A stretch of DNA of 64,000 bases, from the NCBI GenBank assembly GCA_963717505.1, contig OY970342.1, forward strand, positions 1,984,001 to 2,048,000, written 5' to 3'. The notes under the pieces were generated by a model. The model was given only the letters and a program-made list of their open reading frames with translations, was not told where the DNA came from and did no database searches. Shown here piece after piece: positions 9,403-19,475 of this stretch. This DNA is from Candidatus Eiseniibacteriota bacterium (GTDB taxonomy: Bacteria; Eisenbacteria; RBG-16-71-46). Within the stretch, counting starts at the first letter, position 1; each line of letters opens with the position of its first letter. The translations under genes and the position numbers were made by a program.

Positions 9403-10580
9403 GCGGCGCGCCACGCGGATCGGTGGCGCTCGAACGCAGCGCGAAACTCGCGGTCGAACCGATCCTCCGAAAAGGGTCGGGCGCGCGCCGGCAGCGATGC
9501 GCGATCGACCGGATCGGCTTCCAGCGCCTGGATCGCGGCCGTGACGCCTTCGACACTCTGGGCGCCGAACAGCACGCCGCCCGGAACCCGCGCGACACCG
9601 CCGGCGGCGACGCGCGCGAGCGACTCGGGGTTGGCGTCGCGGCCGATCGTTTCCACCGCGCCGCCGCGGCCGTAGGCGATCACCGGGCAACCGCTGGCCA
9701 TGGCCTCGACCGGAACGATGCCGAAGTCTTCTTCGCCGGGGAAGATCAGGGCTTCCGCCCGGCGGTAGAGTTCCGCCAGGTGCGCGTCCGACGCCCAGCC
9801 GATGAACTCGACTCCGTGACCGTCGGCAGCCGCGCGCAGCGTGCGCTCCTCCTGCCCGGTGCCGACCACGATCACGCGGCGCCCGAGTTTCACGCAGGCC
9901 TCGATCGCCAGCTCACCGCGCTTGTACGGCGCGAACGCGCCGGCCAGCAGGTAGAACGGCCGCCCGATCACGTCGCCGGCGCTCGACGGCTCTGGTGGCG
10001 CGGTGGCGAAACGCGCCACGTCGACCGGCGGATAGATCACGTCGGCGTCGCGACCATAGTGGCGTTTGATGCGTTCGGCGACGTGGGCCGAGTTGCACAC
10101 CATCGCGCTCGGGCGATCGCTGGTGGCGCGGTCCCATTGCCGCAGCCCGGCGACCGTGTGACGCACGTACGCCGAGAGCGGCCAGGGGAACTTTCCGGGC
10201 GGAAAGTAGACCGGCTCGAGCTCGTAGATGTAGCGCATCGGCGTGTGGATGTAGCTCAGGTGGAATTGTCCGGGCCGGGTGCGCACGCTCTTGGCCACGC
10301 AGTGGCTCGAGGAGACGATGACGTCGAACTCGGACAGATCGAATGCCTCGATCGCGCGGGGGAACAGAGGCAGGTACCAGCGGTAGCGCCGGACGGCGTC
10401 CGGCAGGCGCTGGACGAACGAGGGCTGGATCGGATGCGCTTCGATCGCGGGGGTCACGCCTCCGGGCTTCCAGACCAGCGTGTAGATCGGAGCGTCGGGG
10501 AACAGCAGGCACAGACGTTCGAACAATCGTTCGCCGCCGCGCATGCCGACCAGCCAGTCGTGAACCAGGGCGACTTTCAT
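9375..10580 (-). CDS. Glycosyltransferase family 4 (WbaZ-like mannosyltransferase)
   Basis: MKVALVHDWLVGMRGGE, SSSHCVAK, YIHTPMRY, VIYPPVD, EEDFGIVPVEAMASG. Confidence 0.9.
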   Translation of the reverse strand: MKVALVHDWLVGMRGGERLFERLCLLFPDAPIYTLVWKPGGVTPAIEAHPIQPSFVQRLPDAVRRYRWYLPLFPRAIEAFDLSEFDVIVSSSHCVAKSVRTRPGQFHLSYIHTPMRYIYELEPVYFPPGKFPWPLSAYVRHTVAGLRQWDRATSDRPSAMVCNSAHVAERIKRHYGRDADVIYPPVDVARFATAPPEPSSAGDVIGRPFYLLAGAFAPYKRGELAIEACVKLGRRVIVVGTGQEERTLRAAADGHGVEFIGWASDAHLAELYRRAEALIFPGEEDFGIVPVEAMASGCPVIAYGRGGAVETIGRDANPESLARVAAGGVARVPGGVLFGAQSVEGVTAAIQALEADPVDRASLPARARPFSEDRFDREFRAAFERHRSAWRAAQPRRDSAA

Positions 10581-11989
10581 TTGAGAAGGCGCTCGGCGGG
10601 CTCGCGCCCGTGCTGGGCGGGCTCGCGTCGGCCCTCGGCCGGCTCGCGTCGGCCCTCGGCGGGCTCGCGTCGTCGCTCGGCAGGCTCGCGTTTGAACTTG
10701 TTGGCGACGCGATCCACCACGCGTCGGGCGCGTTCGACCAGCGTCGGCCGCGGGCGCTCCCAGCCGCGCGCCGCCCACGCGAGTCCGGCGAGAACGTAGA
10801 GCGGGTAGAGCACTTCCTCATCGCCCAGGTTCCACTCGAAGAGACCCGAGACCATGAAGGCCGCAAGTGCCCCCAGCACGCCGAGGCGGAGTCCGGCGGC
10901 GAGCCGCTCATCTTCGGCGCGATCTCCGTGGGCGCGGCGGGCGGCGCGCAACATGGGCCTCAGCCCCTGAGTGGCGCAACGGAACAGTCCGACGACGAGC
11001 AGAGCCAGGGCCGCGAGGCCGACGACGCCCATGGTCGCGGCGACGTGGATGGGAACGCTGTGCAGGTGCCCCGCTCGTTCATGTGCTTCCGGCGGACGGT
11101 AGCGATCGTAGATCGGTTTCAAATCCTGGAGTCCGACGCCGGTGATTGGATGATCGCGGAGCATCTGGAGTCCTGCGCTCCACATGTGCGTGCGCTCGAC
11201 GTTGGTTTCGTGGCGAGGGTCGACGATGCTGGTGACTCGGTCTCTAAGCGGCGCCGGTGCGAACGGAAACGCGACGAGCACGACCAGCACCAGTGCGGCC
11301 ACCCAACGTGCGCGCCACAGCGCGAGGAGCAGTGCGGCCGAAACCAGCGTGCCGAGCCACGCGCTCCGCGTGTAGGTGACGATCAGACACAAGAGACCCA
11401 AAGTGGCAACGGCGGCGGCAACCCGGCGCCATCGGCCGCGGCTGACGAGCGCGATCCCGAGTGCGACGCTGGCGATCAACTCGAGCTGGCCCGCGAAGGT
11501 CATGTAGTGACCGCTCGGGCCTCGTGCGCGCGCCGGGTAGGTTGCGCCCTGGAGCAGGTAGCCCCCGAGGCCGACCAGCCAGGCCACCCCGGAGGAGGCG
11601 AGCAGGACGGCAACGGCTCGCCGGCCGGACTCGAGAGTCCTGGCATGCCAGGCAGCCAGTGGGACCAGGGCGGGGAACAGGCCCTTGGTGAGCCGTGCGG
11701 CGCTGGCCGCCGGATCCTCGGCGAACGCGGCGGAGAGTCCCAAAGCGCCAATCCAGGCCAAAGCCCCCCAGGTCATTGGAGTCGTGAGCCAGGATCGGTC
11801 CCGGTTGGCCAGCCAGATCGGCACAGTCGATGCAGCGACCAGGGCCACCGCCACCGACATCGGGGCGATGGACCAAGGCAGGGCCAGGATTAGCAACAGG
11901 AAACAATGGGCTGCTACCCGATGGAGCCAGGGCAGGCCCGGACTGGTAGCGACCGCCGGGGTCGATCTCAGAGGAGTCGCTCCGAGCAT
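10577..11989 (-). CDS. O-antigen ligase (Wzy_C/WaaL) family membrane protein
   Basis: Multi-TM; TYTRSAWLG, ERTHMW...DHPITGVG, HLHS..HVAATMGVVGL. Confidence 0.85.
   Translation of the reverse strand: MLGATPLRSTPAVATSPGLPWLHRVAAHCFLLLILALPWSIAPMSVAVALVAASTVPIWLANRDRSWLTTPMTWGALAWIGALGLSAAFAEDPAASAARLTKGLFPALVPLAAWHARTLESGRRAVAVLLASSGVAWLVGLGGYLLQGATYPARARGPSGHYMTFAGQLELIASVALGIALVSRGRWRRVAAAVATLGLLCLIVTYTRSAWLGTLVSAALLLALWRARWVAALVLVVLVAFPFAPAPLRDRVTSIVDPRHETNVERTHMWSAGLQMLRDHPITGVGLQDLKPIYDRYRPPEAHERAGHLHSVPIHVAATMGVVGLAALALLVVGLFRCATQGLRPMLRAARRAHGDRAEDERLAAGLRLGVLGALAAFMVSGLFEWNLGDEEVLYPLYVLAGLAWAARGWERPRPTLVERARRVVDRVANKFKREPAERRREPAEGRREPAEGRREPAQHGREPAERLLK
10590..10692 (-). repeat. About 5 imperfect 21-bp tandem units encoding (REPAEGR)n at the C-terminus of the ligase
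   Basis: + strand units ggctcgcgtcggccctcggc(c/g); protein REPAERR-REPAEGR-REPAEGR-REPAQHG-REPAERL. Confidence 0.85.
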
Positions 11990-12381
11990 CGTGGGTGGTT
12001 GTTGGAATTGCAGAACGCCATGGGATCGATGGTTTGACGCTTTTCGTTAAGGGTACATGTGTTCTGTGCGTGACAAGCCCCTTGCTGATGTGCGAGACTA
12101 TCTGCACCCGAAACGCGGCGCCTTGCGATTCGCATGGTCCGCTCCCTCACCACGAACCTCAACCTGCTGCGCAGGAGAGCCCGACCGAGACCCAGTTGCT
12201 ACCCGCTTGACTTCGAAACGGTTGGAGTCGCAGTACGGTTCACGTCAGCCACTTCCTCAAACACCCTACAACGCCTCTGCGTGTTTCTGCGCATGGTTTT
12301 CGAACTTTGGAAGATCGGTGTGGCCGCCGATACCCCGACCGGGTTCCAGCTCGAAAGCCAGACGAGATGAGAGGGAAGAGC

Positions 12382-13380
12382 ATGAGAGTCCTCGTCACAG
12401 GGGGTGCAGGCTTCATCGGGTCCCACCTCTGCGAGGCGCTGCTGAATCGCGGCGCCGAGGTATGGGCACTCGATGATCTCTCCACAGGCCGCCTCGAGAA
12501 CCTTCGCTCGTTCGAGCGACATCCCCGCTTTCGCTTTCTCGAGGGCAACGTCACCGACTCGGCACTGGTCCACGGTCTAGTCGCCCAGTGCGATAGGGTG
12601 TTTCATCTCGCCGCCGCCGTCGGCGTCAAATACGTGCTCGAGAACCCGCTCCGGTCGCTGATCACGAACATCCGCGGCACGGAGGTAGTTCTCGAAGCAT
12701 GCGCGGAACACATGCGTAAGGTCATGGTGTTCTCGAGCAGCGAGGTCTACGGGAAGGGCGTCTCGGTGCCGTTCTCCGAGGACGACGACCGGGTCATGGG
12801 CCCGACGCACAAGCTGCGTTGGTCCTATGCCTGCGGTAAGGCCGTCGACGAGTGTCTGGCACAGGCGTACTACCAGCAACGACAGCTGCCGGTGATCGTC
12901 GTGCGATGTTTCAATACCTGCGGACCCCGCCAAACCGGCTCGTACGGCATGGTGATCCCGAACATGATTGCTCGGGCCCTGCGCGACGAGCCGATTCTCG
13001 TGTTTGGCGACGGCCAGCAGTCGCGTTGCTTCTCGGCCGTTCATGACGTCGTGCACGGCGTCCTCCTGCTCGCCGACAAGCCCGAATCCTACGGGCACGT
13101 GTTCAACGTCGGCAGCGACGAGGAGACCACCGTGCTCGAGCTGGCTCAGAAGATCCGTACGATGTGTGAGAGCCGGTCCGAGATCGAGTTCGTGCCGTAC
13201 GAGAAGGTGTACGGCAGTTCCTTCGAAGACATGCGTCGCCGCGTTCCCGACCTGAACAAGATCCACCGGTTCGTCGGGTACCGGCCGCAGCATAAGCTCA
13301 CTCACTTGCTGGAGATGACGATTCGGGACATGTGCGAACAGATGAGTGTTCCCTGTCCCGTGAAGCTGCAGACCGCCTAA
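12382..13380 (+). CDS. NAD-dependent nucleotide-sugar epimerase/dehydratase
   Basis: MRVLVTGGAGFIGSHL, FHLAAAVGV, SSSEVYGK, WSYACGK (YxxxK), RCFNTCGPRQ. Confidence 0.9.
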   Translation: MRVLVTGGAGFIGSHLCEALLNRGAEVWALDDLSTGRLENLRSFERHPRFRFLEGNVTDSALVHGLVAQCDRVFHLAAAVGVKYVLENPLRSLITNIRGTEVVLEACAEHMRKVMVFSSSEVYGKGVSVPFSEDDDRVMGPTHKLRWSYACGKAVDECLAQAYYQQRQLPVIVVRCFNTCGPRQTGSYGMVIPNMIARALRDEPILVFGDGQQSRCFSAVHDVVHGVLLLADKPESYGHVFNVGSDEETTVLELAQKIRTMCESRSEIEFVPYEKVYGSSFEDMRRRVPDLNKIHRFVGYRPQHKLTHLLEMTIRDMCEQMSVPCPVKLQTA

Positions 13381-13410
13381 ACGGATTTCCGCGGTCTGAC
13401 TCCATAGGAC

Positions 13411-14433
13411 ATGGTGCTCGCGACCGCGTTCGTTCTGGCGCTGGTACTGGCGCTCGTGCTGACTCCGGTAGGTACACGGATGGCATGGGCGACCGGATAC
13501 CTGGATCATCCTGAAGCAAGGAAGTTGCACACCACCGCAACCGCTTTGTTAGGCGGGGCGGTGGTTTTCGTTTCGGCGCTGATCGCGTGGGGCGCATCGC
13601 TCAAGACGCGATCGGTCAGTGTCGAGAGCGAAGTGCCCTTCATTCTCGCGGGCGCCGTCCTGGTCCTTGCGATCGGGATGTGGGACGACCGGTTCGGGAT
13701 GAACCCCCGGATCAAGCTGGTCGGCCAGGGGGTCGCGGCGGCCCTGCTGCTCGCCTCCGGACATGTTCCCGACTTCGGCCTCCCGGGTCCGCTGAACGCC
13801 CTGCTCGCGTTGGTCTCGCTGGTCGCACTGATGAACGCGATCAACTTCCTCGACAACATGAACGGGGTGGTCGGGGGGCTCGCGGCCATCGCGATGGGCG
13901 GGTTCGCGCTCCACTCGTGGACCCGGGGGGCGCCGGTCCTGGCGGCCGCCCAGCTGGCCGTGGCGGGCGCCTGCATCGGATTCCTGCGCTACAACTTCCC
14001 CAAGGCGCGCATCTTCCTCGGCGACGCCGGCAGCCTGTTCCTCGGCTATTGCTTGGGCGCGTCGGCCCTTCTCGCGTATGATGCCGCCCCAATGGGCTGG
14101 GGGCGCGCGGGCGCCATCCTGATCCTCGGCTACCCGGCGTTCGACCTGTTCTTCGTCGTGATCACTCGCCTCCGCGACGGCCGCAAGGTGTCGCAGGGCG
14201 GAAAAGACCACACCAACCACAGACTGGCGACCATCATCGGATGTCCAATCAAGACCGTTCTCCTGGTATGGCTCAGTGGGGCCGGCCTCTGCGCAAGCGG
14301 ACTCGCGGTCCTCAGCCTCAATCAGACCCTGCCGTCGCTCCTGCTGTTGGGCCTGTGGAGCATCCTCTTTCTGGTGGCGGGGCTGAAACTATCGTCCGTT
14401 CCGGTCGCAACGGCTCCCACGCCCCGGACCTGA
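13411..14433 (+). CDS. MraY/WecA-family polyprenyl-phosphate HexNAc-1-phosphate transferase
   Basis: DHPEARKLH, GMWDDRF, NAINFLDNMNG, GFLRYNFPKARIFLGDAGS, GKDHTNHRL. Confidence 0.88.
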   Translation: MVLATAFVLALVLALVLTPVGTRMAWATGYLDHPEARKLHTTATALLGGAVVFVSALIAWGASLKTRSVSVESEVPFILAGAVLVLAIGMWDDRFGMNPRIKLVGQGVAAALLLASGHVPDFGLPGPLNALLALVSLVALMNAINFLDNMNGVVGGLAAIAMGGFALHSWTRGAPVLAAAQLAVAGACIGFLRYNFPKARIFLGDAGSLFLGYCLGASALLAYDAAPMGWGRAGAILILGYPAFDLFFVVITRLRDGRKVSQGGKDHTNHRLATIIGCPIKTVLLVWLSGAGLCASGLAVLSLNQTLPSLLLLGLWSILFLVAGLKLSSVPVATAPTPRT

Positions 14434-14765
14434 CCGGGCGCGAACCCGAGCTTCGCGAGCAGGAAGGTCGGCGCGAGCCGGAAAGCCGGCGCGAGCCGGA
14501 AAGCCGTCGCGAACCGGATGCCGACGACGGCAAGCTGCGCGACCTGGTCGTGACGCTGGCGCGCGGACTCGTCGACAACCCGGACGACGTCCGGGTCGAG
14601 ATCCTCGGCGTCGGCCAGGAAACCAGCCTGGAGCTGTACGTCCACGGCGACGACCTGGGTCACGTGATCGGCAAGCAGGGGCGTACCGCGCGCGCGCTGC
14701 GCCAGGTGCTCGGCGCCGCTGCCGCCCTGGGCGGGCGCAAGGCATCGCTCGAGATCGCCGACTGA
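14430..14765 (+). CDS. khpA: KH-domain RNA-binding protein (KhpA/YlqC); start uncertain
   Basis: LVDNPDDVRV...LELYVHGDDLGHVIGKQGRTARALR, directly upstream of rimM; possible CTG start at 14430 overlapping the upstream stop, or a later GTG. Confidence 0.85.
   Translation: MTGREPELREQEGRREPESRREPESRREPDADDGKLRDLVVTLARGLVDNPDDVRVEILGVGQETSLELYVHGDDLGHVIGKQGRTARALRQVLGAAAALGGRKASLEIAD
14469..14520 (+). repeat. About 3 tandem 18-bp units encoding (RREPES)n upstream of the KH domain
   Basis: cggcgcgagccggaaagc-cggcgcgagccggaaagc-cgtcgcgaaccggatg. Confidence 0.8.
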
Positions 14766-14817
14766 TCTCGACGACCGGCGCGGGCTCCGGCCCGGGCCGC
14801 AGCGGAACGGCGACGCC

Positions 14818-15327
14818 ATGACTCTGGTTCGGATCGGGCGCCTGGGGCGGACCCACGGCCTCCACGGCGAGGTCTATCTCGACGACTGCGGGCTCGAGCC
14901 GGATACGTTGAGAGACATCGGATCCTTCGTCTGGAGCGGGGCGAACGGCGTCCAACGCCCATTGACTCTGGCCGAGGTGCGACCCGCCGATACGCGTCTG
15001 CTGGTTCGATTCGCCGGCGTTTCGAGCCGCGAAGCGGCCGCACCACTGACCAACGGCGGGCTCATGGCGGAGGAGAGCAAGATCCCCGACGCCGGTCCGG
15101 GCGCCGCCTACCAGTTCCAGTTGGTCGGACTCGAAGTCCGCACCGCTGAGGGTCGCGTGCTCGGCACGGTGGCCGATGCGTTTCCCACCGGGGCCAACTG
15201 GGTTTACGTCGTGCGCGGCGAGCGCGAACTGATGATCCCGGCGCACGCCGACACCATCCTGAGCGTCGATCTCGAAGCGAGGCGGATCACCGTGGCGTTG
15301 CCGGCCGGGCTCGAGGAGTCGCAGTGA
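14818..15327 (+). CDS. rimM: Ribosome maturation factor RimM
   Basis: IGRLGRTHGLHGEV, YQFQLVGLEV, TGANWVYVV, ELMIPA, VDLEARRITV; synteny. Confidence 0.92.
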   Translation: MTLVRIGRLGRTHGLHGEVYLDDCGLEPDTLRDIGSFVWSGANGVQRPLTLAEVRPADTRLLVRFAGVSSREAAAPLTNGGLMAEESKIPDAGPGAAYQFQLVGLEVRTAEGRVLGTVADAFPTGANWVYVVRGERELMIPAHADTILSVDLEARRITVALPAGLEESQ

Positions 15328-16074
15328 AGATTTCCATCCTGACCATCTTCCCCGAGTACTTCGGCGCGCCCTTCGCCGAGGGCATGATCCGGCTCGCGCT
15401 CGAGAAGGGTCAGCTCGAAACCTCGATCGTCGGCCTGCGCGACTTCACCGACGACAGTCACCGCACCACAGACGACTATCCGTTTGGCGGTGGGGCCGGA
15501 ATGATCATGAAGGTCGAGCCGATCGATCGGGCTTTGGCCTCGTTGGAGATCGGCCAGCGCGGCGCACGGCCACCCGGTGCGCGCGTGGTCGTGCTCTCGC
15601 CGCAGGGCCGGGCCTTCACGCAGCCGGTCGCCATCGAGTATTCGCAACTCGCGCACATCGTGCTGATCTGCGGTCGCTACAAGGGCGTCGACGAGCGGGT
15701 CGATCGAGCACCTCGCCGACGAAGAGCTTTCAGTCGGCGACTTCGTGCTGTCGGGCGGCGAGCCGGCGGCGCTGTGCGTGGTCGACGCGGTCGCGCGCCT
15801 GTTGCCCGGCGTGGTCGGCACGTTCGATTCGGTCGAGTCCGACTCGTTTCACTCGGGGCTGCTCGACGCGCCCTACTACACGCGCCCGGCCGAGTATCGT
15901 GGCTGGAAGATTCCCGAGGTCCTGCTCTCCGGGCACCACGGGGAGATCGCGAAATGGCGGCGGGCCGAGTCGCTGCGCCGGACGCTCGAACGCCGGCCGG
16001 ACCTGCTGGAGGAGGCCGAGATCACCGAGGCCGAGCGACGCGCGACGGGGATCGCCCGAAAACAGGACGCTTGA
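15324..16074 (+). CDS. trmD: tRNA (guanine37-N1)-methyltransferase TrmD, one apparent frameshift near 15700
   Basis: [33 protein letters not shown] in one frame; [38 protein letters not shown] in the next. Confidence 0.92.
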
Positions 16075-16103
16075 AAATAGGGTCGAGGATGTAGGCTCTG
16101 GCC

Positions 16104-18944
16104 ATGCTTCTGGCCGTCCTCGCCGCTGCTTCCCTGACGGGCCCCGCGCCGCGGGAGCTGCCGGTCACGCCGCTCGGACAGTGCACCATCAGCCAGTGCG
16201 GGTCTGCGGCTCACTGGGACGATCCGCCGCCGCACGCGCTGGCGTGTCCGGGGCTCGACGGCACCCCGGTGGGGCCGATCACCATCACATTGGACTGCAT
16301 CGGTCCACAGTGCGAGCCGATCACCTGTTGTCAGTTCATCGACCCCGACGAAGTGGCGCTGCAGCTCTGGCCACGTGGTACCTGCGACACCGGACCGCCA
16401 GGGATATCGGCTGCGGTCCAGCCGCCCCACGCCATGTCTCGCGATGCCAGCAAATGCAAGTACGTGGTCGCCGGCGTGTTCGGCCGGCTGCGCAGCACCG
16501 AGAGCACCGCCACGTATTCGGAGCGGGTGGTCGCCGCCTATCGAGGCGGCGCGGGCTGGTCGGTGATCCTCGACGGGAACGAGGATTGCCAACAGGTCAC
16601 CCACTGCTACCCGGTCAAGGTCAACAGCGTCGACCTGAATCAGGATTGCTTCGTCAACACGGAAGACATCGCGGTGCTCGCGGACTATTTGCCCCCGAAC
16701 CCCTATGACCCGCGCGGCGACCTGAACATGGACGGCGTGGTGAACGGCGGAGACCAGGGGGTCATCGAGGCGCATATGGGGCATGGCTGCCTCTCGTTCC
16801 CGGTCGAGGGGTCGTTGGAGTTCTTCAATACCAACCGATTCACTTACCCGCCGAACAGTCCACAGTGGATCGGTGGATCGTCCGACGTGCTGCCCCCGAC
16901 GCCTGCGGCGGTCTGTGCCGACGGCGCCACCGACGCGACCCTCCTGGCCTGGTCCGGCCCGTTGGAGGTCGGTACGCTCAGCGACGTCCACATGCGCATC
17001 AAGGAAGATCCGACTGGGACCAGCGCGGACGAATTCGGCAGCCTGACGTTCGATCGAATCGAAGACGGCAAGACTATCTGGCGCTACGCGCATCCGACGC
17101 GGATGACGACTTCAGGGCTCTTCGGCTGGGCACGGATCGAGGTGTTCAATACCGCCGCCAACGACTACGTTCTGGTCCAGCATGCCGTGCGCATCTATCG
17201 GCCGCCGGTGGCGATGATCCACGGCCTGTGGGCCGATCGCACGACATTCGGAGCCCTCGAGCAACATCTCCTGAATTCGGATCAGTGGACCGAAGCCCTG
17301 CTCTATCGGCACGACTACAGCCCGACGAACGATCAGAGCTTCCTGACGAATGCGCTGGTGGGGCGGAGCGCCGTCGCGTCAGCCATTGCCCGCGCGGCCG
17401 CCGCAGGCATTTCGGCCGGGCGCGTCGATATCGTGGCACACAGCATGGGCGGCATCCTCTCGAGGTTGTTCCTGCAGAACGCGGGATACAACGACGACAT
17501 CCACCGGCTCATCACGCTCAACGTGCCGCACTCGGGAAGTCAGTTGGCGGACTTCGTGATCTTGCAGCCGAACATCGCGTTCCTGCTGGCGATTTCCGGA
17601 CGCAATCCCTATGGCGGCGCGCTCGCGGACCTGAGAGTGCTGAGTGACGCCACGATCGAATACCTCAACGGCCCGTCTCTGAACCTGAACAAGGCACCCA
17701 GTCACGTGGTCACTACAGAGGCAAGTTCCGTGACCGGAAGCAGCACAGAGGCGATCATCGCCAAGTATGTCGCCCAGATCGGCCTTTCGTACACCGACAT
17801 CTTCCACGACCAACCGAGCGACCTGATCGTTCCGGTGGCGAGCCAGCAGGGCGGTCTCGGTGGGGGCCGCGAGTCGTTCTTCCTTGGACCTTGGCACAAC
17901 GCCGCGCCTGGGGACCCCGCAGTCTTGGAACGAGTCCGAATGCTGCTGAACGCCGACCGGACTTCGACTGCGATCTTTTCGCAATTCGGTTTTGCTCCGC
18001 CCGTGTTGACGCCTTGGCCCTTCTCGCCCCAGCCCGCGACCGCCATCGCCGGTGCACGAGCAGGAACCTCTGAGTCCGTCGCGATCACGAGCCCGGCGGA
18101 GGGCTCGGTGGTGAATGCCGGCGCGACGATCACGGTCAACGTCACGGGGAGTGCGGGGATTACGGCCATCCAGGTCGCGGCGGGAAACGCATCGCTGCCG
18201 GTCTTCACGGACCTCAAGCAAACGCCAACCGCGAGCTTCAGCTACTCCATTCCCACTGAGGCGGTGGGCGAGGTGCGAATCGGGGCGCTGGGCTATTCGG
18301 GATCGACCCCGACGGCACTCGACTCCGTGAACATCAACATCAACGTCGCAGCCGGCCTGGATTCCATTGTCGTGTCGCCGGCCCGGGCCTTTCTCTCGAC
18401 GGGTGGACAGACTTCTGTTGCGGTTGCCGGCTACTACGCCGACGGAATCGAGCGCACCTTGACCGACATCGAGGGGGTCTCCTTCTCGACCGTGGACACC
18501 ACGATCGCGCGCTTCGACGCACCTGGCCTCGTGGTCGGTGTCTTCGAGGGGCAGACCTTCGGGATCGCTTCCTTCGGTGGTTACGCGGACACCTGCACGA
18601 TCGTGGTGAGCGGCGTCATCAACGTGGGCCTGCCGGGGCTGGATCCCGGTGCCGCGTTGCCCGGCTCTTACCATCTGTCGCGAGGCGTTCCGAATCCGTT
18701 TCGCTCGTCGATCGCGCTCGAGTACAGCCTCCCGCAGGAAGGCGACGTCGAGCTGGCGGTGTACGACGTCGGCGGGCGGCGGGTCCGCACGCTCGTCCAC
18801 CGGCGCATGGCCCCCGGTACCCACGGCGTGACGTGGGACGGGCGCCATGGCTCCGGCCTGGGCGCCGACGCCGGGATCTACTTCATGCGCCTGAGCGTGG
18901 GGGGCGAGGTCCGCCGGACCCAGAAGGTCGTCCTGCTGAAGTAG
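16104..18944 (+). CDS. Secreted multidomain protein: Cys-rich/dockerin-like N-region, PGAP1-like alpha/beta hydrolase, Ig-like domains, FlgD-Ig/T9SS-A-like CTD
   Basis: Hydrophobic N-terminus; DLNQDCFVN and GDLNMDGVVN; IHGLW, AHSMGG, PHSGS, SDLIVP; C-terminal PNPF...VYDVGGRRVRTL...WDG...GIYFMRL...KVVLLK. Confidence 0.75.
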   Translation: MLLAVLAAASLTGPAPRELPVTPLGQCTISQCGSAAHWDDPPPHALACPGLDGTPVGPITITLDCIGPQCEPITCCQFIDPDEVALQLWPRGTCDTGPPGISAAVQPPHAMSRDASKCKYVVAGVFGRLRSTESTATYSERVVAAYRGGAGWSVILDGNEDCQQVTHCYPVKVNSVDLNQDCFVNTEDIAVLADYLPPNPYDPRGDLNMDGVVNGGDQGVIEAHMGHGCLSFPVEGSLEFFNTNRFTYPPNSPQWIGGSSDVLPPTPAAVCADGATDATLLAWSGPLEVGTLSDVHMRIKEDPTGTSADEFGSLTFDRIEDGKTIWRYAHPTRMTTSGLFGWARIEVFNTAANDYVLVQHAVRIYRPPVAMIHGLWADRTTFGALEQHLLNSDQWTEALLYRHDYSPTNDQSFLTNALVGRSAVASAIARAAAAGISAGRVDIVAHSMGGILSRLFLQNAGYNDDIHRLITLNVPHSGSQLADFVILQPNIAFLLAISGRNPYGGALADLRVLSDATIEYLNGPSLNLNKAPSHVVTTEASSVTGSSTEAIIAKYVAQIGLSYTDIFHDQPSDLIVPVASQQGGLGGGRESFFLGPWHNAAPGDPAVLERVRMLLNADRTSTAIFSQFGFAPPVLTPWPFSPQPATAIAGARAGTSESVAITSPAEGSVVNAGATITVNVTGSAGITAIQVAAGNASLPVFTDLKQTPTASFSYSIPTEAVGEVRIGALGYSGSTPTALDSVNININVAAGLDSIVVSPARAFLSTGGQTSVAVAGYYADGIERTLTDIEGVSFSTVDTTIARFDAPGLVVGVFEGQTFGIASFGGYADTCTIVVSGVINVGLPGLDPGAALPGSYHLSRGVPNPFRSSIALEYSLPQEGDVELAVYDVGGRRVRTLVHRRMAPGTHGVTWDGRHGSGLGADAGIYFMRLSVGGEVRRTQKVVLLK

Positions 18945-19064
18945 GCCACTGGATTCCCGGCCGCCCTTTCCCTATACTCGCGCGCCGCTTTCAACCGCCC
19001 GGTCCCCCCGCGCAGGATGACGCGCCACGTGTGCCGGGCCGTTTCGTGTAGAAAGGAACCCACC

Positions 19065-19475
19065 ATGGGCCTCATCGAGAAAATAGAAGCCGCCCAGCTC
19101 AAGACGGCGCTGCCCGATTTGCGGCCCGGCGACAACGTCGAAGTGTCGGTCCGCGTCATCGAAGGCGACAAGGAGCGACAGCAGAAGTTCCGCGGCGACG
19201 TGATCAACGTCCGTGGCGCCGGAGTCCGCAAGACGTTCACCGTGCGCAAGATCTCGGAAGGCATCGGCGTCGAGCGGACGTTCCCGATCCACAGCCCGTC
19301 GATCGCCGAGATCAAAGTGCTCAAGCACTCGAAGGTGCGCCGCGCGAAGCTGTTCTACTTGCGCAAGAAGAGCGGCAAGAACGCCCGCCTAACCGAAAAG
19401 GCCGACGCGAAGTCGTCGGCTCCGGCCGAGACGCGCAAGACCAAAGCCGAGAAACCGGAACCCGTCACGGCGTGA
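19065..19475 (+). CDS. rplS: 50S ribosomal protein L19
   Basis: PDLRPGDNVEV, EGDKERQQKFRG, TFTVRKISEGIGVERTFP, KVRRAKLFYLR; AAGGA RBS. Confidence 0.96.
   Translation: MGLIEKIEAAQLKTALPDLRPGDNVEVSVRVIEGDKERQQKFRGDVINVRGAGVRKTFTVRKISEGIGVERTFPIHSPSIAEIKVLKHSKVRRAKLFYLRKKSGKNARLTEKADAKSSAPAETRKTKAEKPEPVTA

Noticed and set aside
11990-12381. AT-richer 390-bp divergent intergenic region as a riboswitch, ncRNA or ops/JUMPstart leader
   Set aside because: No motif I can recognise; best explained as divergent promoters whose boxes I cannot place confidently
15324-16074. trmD pseudogene or programmed frameshift
   Set aside because: Normally essential gene, both halves intact, no slippery sequence; fits the window-wide indel pattern
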